A stretch of DNA of 64,000 nucleotides from Alphaproteobacteria bacterium. Lineage in GTDB: Bacteria > Pseudomonadota > Alphaproteobacteria > Bin95. Positions 59,818 to 64,000 of this stretch are shown here, in pieces (position 1 is the stretch's first letter; each line of letters opens with the position of its first letter). Location of the stretch: assembly GCA_963665325.3 (NCBI GenBank), contig OZ224045.1, positions 1,792,001 to 1,856,000 on the forward strand, in the 5' to 3' direction. The translations under genes were made by a program, and so were the position numbers. The notes below the pieces were generated by a model that ran no database searches, was not told where the DNA came from, and saw nothing but the letters and a program-made list of their open reading frames with translations.

Positions 59818-60852
59818 TTAGGCGGTCGCGGCGCCCGGCAACGAGGCCGGCTCCGCGCCTGTGCCGTCATGCAGGTGGCAGGCGGCCCAGTGGCCGGCCT
59901 GCACTTCACGCAGCATGGGCACGTCGCTGCGGCAACGCGCCATTGCGTAGGGGCAGCGCGAATGGAAGTGACAGCCGGAGGGCGGGTTGATCGGGCTCGG
60001 CACGTCGCCCTCCAGAATGACGCGCTTGCGGCCCCGGGCGCGCGCCTTCGGCATCGGCACCGCAGAGAGCAGCGCCTCCGTGTAAGGGTGCAGCGGGCTG
60101 TCGAACAGGCTCGTCTTGTCGGTGATCTCGACGATGCGGCCGAGATACATCACCGCGACCCGGTGGCTGATATGCTCGACCACCGCGAGGTCGTGCGCGA
60201 CGAACAGGTATGAGAGGTTCAGTTCGTCCTGCAGGTCCATCAGCAAGTTGATGATCTGCGCCTGGATCGAGACGTCGAGCGCCGAAACCGGCTCGTCACC
60301 GACGATCAGGTCCGGATTGAGCGCTAGCGCGCGGGCGATGCCGATGCGCTGGCGCTGGCCGCCGGAGAACTCGTGCGGATAGGAGTCCATGTAGCGGCTC
60401 CCGAGCCCGACGCGCTCGAACAGCGCCGCGACGCGCTCCTCGCGTTCCTTGCCCTCGGCGACGCCATGAATATGCATCGGCTCGCCGACGATGGAACGGG
60501 CCGGCATGCGCGGATTCAGCGAGGCGTAGGGGTCCTGGAAGATCATCTGCATCCGCTGGCGGTATGGCATCATCGCCACGCCGTCGAGGTCGGTAATGTC
60601 CTCGTCTTCCAGGCGGATCGTGCCTTCGGTCGGCTCAAGAAGCTTCAGCACGGTGCGGCCGACGGTGGACTTACCGCAGCCGGATTCGCCGACGAGGCCC
60701 AGCGTCTCGCCATGACCGATATGGAAGCTGACGCCGTCCACGGCATAGACATGCCCTCCGACCCGCGAGAAGACGCCCTTGTAGATCGGGAAATGCTTCT
60801 TCAGGCCGCGCACATCCAGCAGCGGTGCGGCGTTCTCGGTCGGGGCGTTCAT
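59818..60852 (-). CDS. ABC ATPase (DppF-like, second system)
   Basis: Walker [10 protein letters not shown]. Confidence 0.92.
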   Translation of the reverse strand: MNAPTENAAPLLDVRGLKKHFPIYKGVFSRVGGHVYAVDGVSFHIGHGETLGLVGESGCGKSTVGRTVLKLLEPTEGTIRLEDEDITDLDGVAMMPYRQRMQMIFQDPYASLNPRMPARSIVGEPMHIHGVAEGKEREERVAALFERVGLGSRYMDSYPHEFSGGQRQRIGIARALALNPDLIVGDEPVSALDVSIQAQIINLLMDLQDELNLSYLFVAHDLAVVEHISHRVAVMYLGRIVEITDKTSLFDSPLHPYTEALLSAVPMPKARARGRKRVILEGDVPSPINPPSGCHFHSRCPYAMARCRSDVPMLREVQAGHWAACHLHDGTGAEPASLPGAATA

Positions 60853-61898
60853 GCCGTTCCTCCCAGCAGCCGGTCGGCATGCCAGCACGCGACCCAATGG
60901 CCCGGGCGATAGCGTTCGAGCGGCGGATAGGTTTGCCGGCACTGCTCGCTGGCATAGCGGCATCGGGGCGCGAAAACGCAGCCCGGCGGCAAGTTGGCGA
61001 GCGATGGTACCATGCCTTCGATCTCGTTCAACCGCGCCCTGCCGTCCTCGTTGTGCGCGGCCGTCTCGAGGCTTGGAATGGCGCCGAGCAGGCCCTCGGT
61101 ATAGGGATGGCCCGGATGGTCGAAGAGCTCGTCCACCTCGGCCTCTTCGACCTTGCGGCCGGCATACATCACCACGACCCGGTCGGCATTCTCCGCGACG
61201 ACGCCCATGTCGTGGGTAATCAGTATGACGGCCTGGCCCTGGCTGCGCTGCGTCTCCCGCATAAGGTCGAGGATTTGCGCCTGGATCGTGACGTCGAGCG
61301 CCGTTGTCGGCTCGTCGGCAATCAGCACTTTCGGATTGCAGGAGATCGCCATTGCGATCATCACCCGCTGTCGCATGCCGCCGGAGAGCTGATGCGGATA
61401 CTCGTGCGCGCGGCGCTCCGGCTCCGGGATGTGGACCTCGCGAAGCATCTCCACGGCGCGGTCCATCGCGTCGCGCTTCGAGAGTCCCTGATGCAGCGCG
61501 ATGGCCTCGCTGATTTGCTTGCCGACCGTGAACAGCGGATTGAGCGAGGTCATCGGCTCCTGGAAGATCATCGAGATCTCATTGCCGCGGACATCTTCCA
61601 TTTCCGTCTCGGTCGCATCCAGAAGGTTGCGCCCTTCCAGCCGGATCGCGCCTCCCACGATGCGCCCCGGCGGGTTGGCCACGAGACGGAGGATCGAAAG
61701 CGCCGTCACGCTCTTGCCGCAGCCGGATTCCCCGACCACGCCAAGGGTCTCTCCGCGACGCACGCTGTAGGAGACACCGTCCACCGCACGCACGACGCCA
61801 TCGTTAGTGAAGAAGTGCGTCTGCAGGTTCTCGATTTCCAGCACATTGTCATCCGACACCGCCTGGGCCTCTTGTTCGAGCGGCTCGGTTGGGTCCAT
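60849..61898 (-). CDS. ABC ATPase (DppD-like, second system)
   Basis: Walker [10 protein letters not shown]. Confidence 0.92.
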   Translation of the reverse strand: MDPTEPLEQEAQAVSDDNVLEIENLQTHFFTNDGVVRAVDGVSYSVRRGETLGVVGESGCGKSVTALSILRLVANPPGRIVGGAIRLEGRNLLDATETEMEDVRGNEISMIFQEPMTSLNPLFTVGKQISEAIALHQGLSKRDAMDRAVEMLREVHIPEPERRAHEYPHQLSGGMRQRVMIAMAISCNPKVLIADEPTTALDVTIQAQILDLMRETQRSQGQAVILITHDMGVVAENADRVVVMYAGRKVEEAEVDELFDHPGHPYTEGLLGAIPSLETAAHNEDGRARLNEIEGMVPSLANLPPGCVFAPRCRYASEQCRQTYPPLERYRPGHWVACWHADRLLGGTA

Positions 61899-62005
61899 AA
61901 TCGAAGCTCCTTAGAGTGCGGTAGGCTTCCGCGGTGGCGGTGTCGACCGACAGCATATCGCATTAGGGGCCGCAGCGGCCCCCGATTCAGACAGGGAGGA
62001 ACATA

Positions 62006-63697
62006 ATGCCTCGAAACGGTTTCCTTAATCCGCACTGGACCCGGCGGCACTTCCTTCAGGGAAGCGCGGCGGTGGCGGCTGCGGGCGCATACGGCCTGTC
62101 TTCGCGCAGGGCAAGCGCCGCTGTCCCGATGGAATACGATGGCTCGAAATTCCAGCTTGCGGCGACGGAGCCGAACCCGAAGTCCGGCGGCGTGCTGCGC
62201 TACGGCATCGCCATGCGCCCGCCGCATCTCGACTTCCACCAGTCGGGCACGATCAACAATCTCGGCACTCAAGCCTGCATGTACGACAACCTGATCCGTC
62301 GCGACCCGCGCGACAGTGGCCAAACGATCATTCCCGACCTCGCCCATAGCTGGGAGATCGCCCCGGACGGCAAGACCTACACCTTCTTCCTGCGCAAGGG
62401 CGTTGTTTTCTCGGATGGCGCCGAGCTCACCTCCGCGGACGTGAAGGCGACCTTCGACCGCATCACCAAGCCGCCGGAGGGCATCAACATTCCGCGCAGC
62501 GCGCTGTTTACCTCGGTCGAGGAGGTCACCGCGCCGGACAAGCACACCGTCCAGTTCAAGCTGGCCGCGCCGCGCCCGCCGGCCTTCATCATGGGCGCCA
62601 TCGCGAGCGGCTGGAACGGCATCGTCCGCAAGAAGACGCTTGAGGACAACAACTACAACCTGCGAAAGACCCTCGATGTGCCCGGCACCGGGCCGTTCCG
62701 CAGCGTCCGGCGGGTCGAGCAGGAAGTCTGGGTGATGCAGAAGAACCCGGACTACTGGATGGAGGGGCTGCCCTATCTCGACGGCATCGAGTTCTATCAC
62801 GGTGCGCCGTTCTCGCCGGAACTCGGCTCGGCCTTCCTGGCCGGCAATACCGACTATGCCCGGCTGATCGACCCGGTGACGCGCAAGGAAGCGGACGCCC
62901 GCGACGACATGATGGCGACCGACTACTACCAGAGCGTCATTCAGGGGGTCTGGGTCAACAACAACCGCGAGGCCTTCAAGGACCCGAGGGTGCGCCGGGC
63001 CATGCATCTGGTCTTCGACCGGCCGGTGCTGGTGGATGTCGTCAAGGATGTGGCGCCGATGCTGGTCGGCGGCTTCATCTATCCGTTCTCGGACGTGGCG
63101 ACGCCGAAAGAGGAGCTCACCAAGCGCCTCGGCTACCAGCCGGACACGACGGCCTCCATCAAGGAAGCCAAGGCGCTACTGGAGGCCGCCGGCCACGGCG
63201 ACGGCCTCAAGGGGCTCGACTTCGTGGTTCGCGACACTGCGACCTTCAGGCTCTGGGGGCAGGCGATCCAGGCGATGCTGCAGCAGGCACTCAACATCGA
63301 GTGCGAGCTGCGCACCGTGGTTCCGGCAGTCTGGTTCGAGGACACTATCAACGGCAAGTTCGACCTCTCGGTCGGCGCCATCGTCTCGACCCTGATAGAC
63401 CCGTCGGATTACTTCAACGCTTGGTACGGCCCGGGCGGCCCGCAGAACTACTCGCAGTGGGAAGACCCGCGCTTCACCGAACTGCTGACGGCCATCGACA
63501 GCGAGGTCGATCCGGCCAAGCGGCAGGCAGCGATCACCGCGGCCGAGATGGTGATGGAAGAGAACCCGCCGGTGCTCCCGATCTCTTGGGAGAAGATCAA
63601 CGACGGCTGGTACAACTACGTCAAGGGCCACAACCCCTACAACTATTTCGGCATTTACGATGTCGGACGGTTCGACACGTTCTGGCTCGACAAGTAA
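62006..63697 (+). CDS. Family 5 substrate-binding protein with Tat signal
   Basis: WTRRHFLQ twin-arginine motif; PDLAHSW; GTGPF. Confidence 0.9.
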   Translation: MPRNGFLNPHWTRRHFLQGSAAVAAAGAYGLSSRRASAAVPMEYDGSKFQLAATEPNPKSGGVLRYGIAMRPPHLDFHQSGTINNLGTQACMYDNLIRRDPRDSGQTIIPDLAHSWEIAPDGKTYTFFLRKGVVFSDGAELTSADVKATFDRITKPPEGINIPRSALFTSVEEVTAPDKHTVQFKLAAPRPPAFIMGAIASGWNGIVRKKTLEDNNYNLRKTLDVPGTGPFRSVRRVEQEVWVMQKNPDYWMEGLPYLDGIEFYHGAPFSPELGSAFLAGNTDYARLIDPVTRKEADARDDMMATDYYQSVIQGVWVNNNREAFKDPRVRRAMHLVFDRPVLVDVVKDVAPMLVGGFIYPFSDVATPKEELTKRLGYQPDTTASIKEAKALLEAAGHGDGLKGLDFVVRDTATFRLWGQAIQAMLQQALNIECELRTVVPAVWFEDTINGKFDLSVGAIVSTLIDPSDYFNAWYGPGGPQNYSQWEDPRFTELLTAIDSEVDPAKRQAAITAAEMVMEENPPVLPISWEKINDGWYNYVKGHNPYNYFGIYDVGRFDTFWLDK

Positions 63698-63738
63698 GCT
63701 CTAACGGACGGCCCAAAGTGGCCGTGCGGGAGAATTGC

Positions 63739-63772
63739 AAGCCCGCGCCTTCCAGGCGCGGGCTTCTTTCTT
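63739..63772 (+). terminator. Rho-independent terminator
   Basis: AAGCCCGCGCCT-TCC-AGGCGCGGGCTT followed by CTTTCTT. Confidence 0.8.
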
Positions 63773-63879
63773 GAGGACGGGGACGTTGCGGCGATGCCGC
63801 ATCTGGTGATCTTCCTCGGGCTTTGCCTGCTCGGCCTCCTCGTGGGCTGCATCCTTGTCTAGGGTGGCCGGCCTTCTCG

Positions 63880-64000
63880 CTGCGGCGCTTTTCGCGGCGG
63901 CCTGTCAGCCCCTGCCGCAGGTCATGGAACGCGACAAGGCCAGTGCCCTTCTGGCGCTCCCGGAAAGCGTCGGAGTGCGGGTTGGACATATCCACGGCGC
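63880..64000 (-). pseudogene. Possible ISL3 transposase remnant (window edge)
   Basis: AVDMSNPHSDAFRE..VAFH weakly resembles the ISL3 DMS..DxFH region. Confidence 0.25.

Overview
High-GC alphaproteobacterial (Rhodospirillales-like) chromosome segment; the adhesin-type genes and IS damage suggest a host-associated lineage, which is inference only. 1-8600 is an accessory island: a three-gene ribbon-helix-helix (RHH/MobC-like) operon present as an inverted duplication (1-765 vs 4584-5348) that encloses an integrase Arm-binding domain fused to a membrane anchor, three tandem small coiled-coil/TM paralogues with conserved hairpins, a tyrosine recombinase with substituted catalytic Arg/Lys and an IS21-like end remnant, followed by an inverse-autotransporter/Calx-beta gene and a cadherin-like lipoprotein. 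The rest is housekeeping and catabolic DNA: rsmE, gshA, amidase with a small coupled ORF, pncA, tRNA-Glu, two hydantoinase A/B pairs, def-fmt-truA, nbaC, GcvT-like gene with GlxA regulator, clpB and two peptide ABC systems. Two clean insertions are visible. A 4384-bp four-gene transposon (Zn/HTH protein, DDE transposase, ExeA/TnsC-like ATPase, RepA-like helicase, plus an iteron-like GTTACC array) splits htpG with a 6-bp target duplication. An IS1634-family element splits an enoyl-CoA hydratase gene. The helicase-carrying transposon and the RHH/Arm-TM/recombinase island are the best candidates for poorly described systems. All family assignments are from motif recognition by eye, with no database search.
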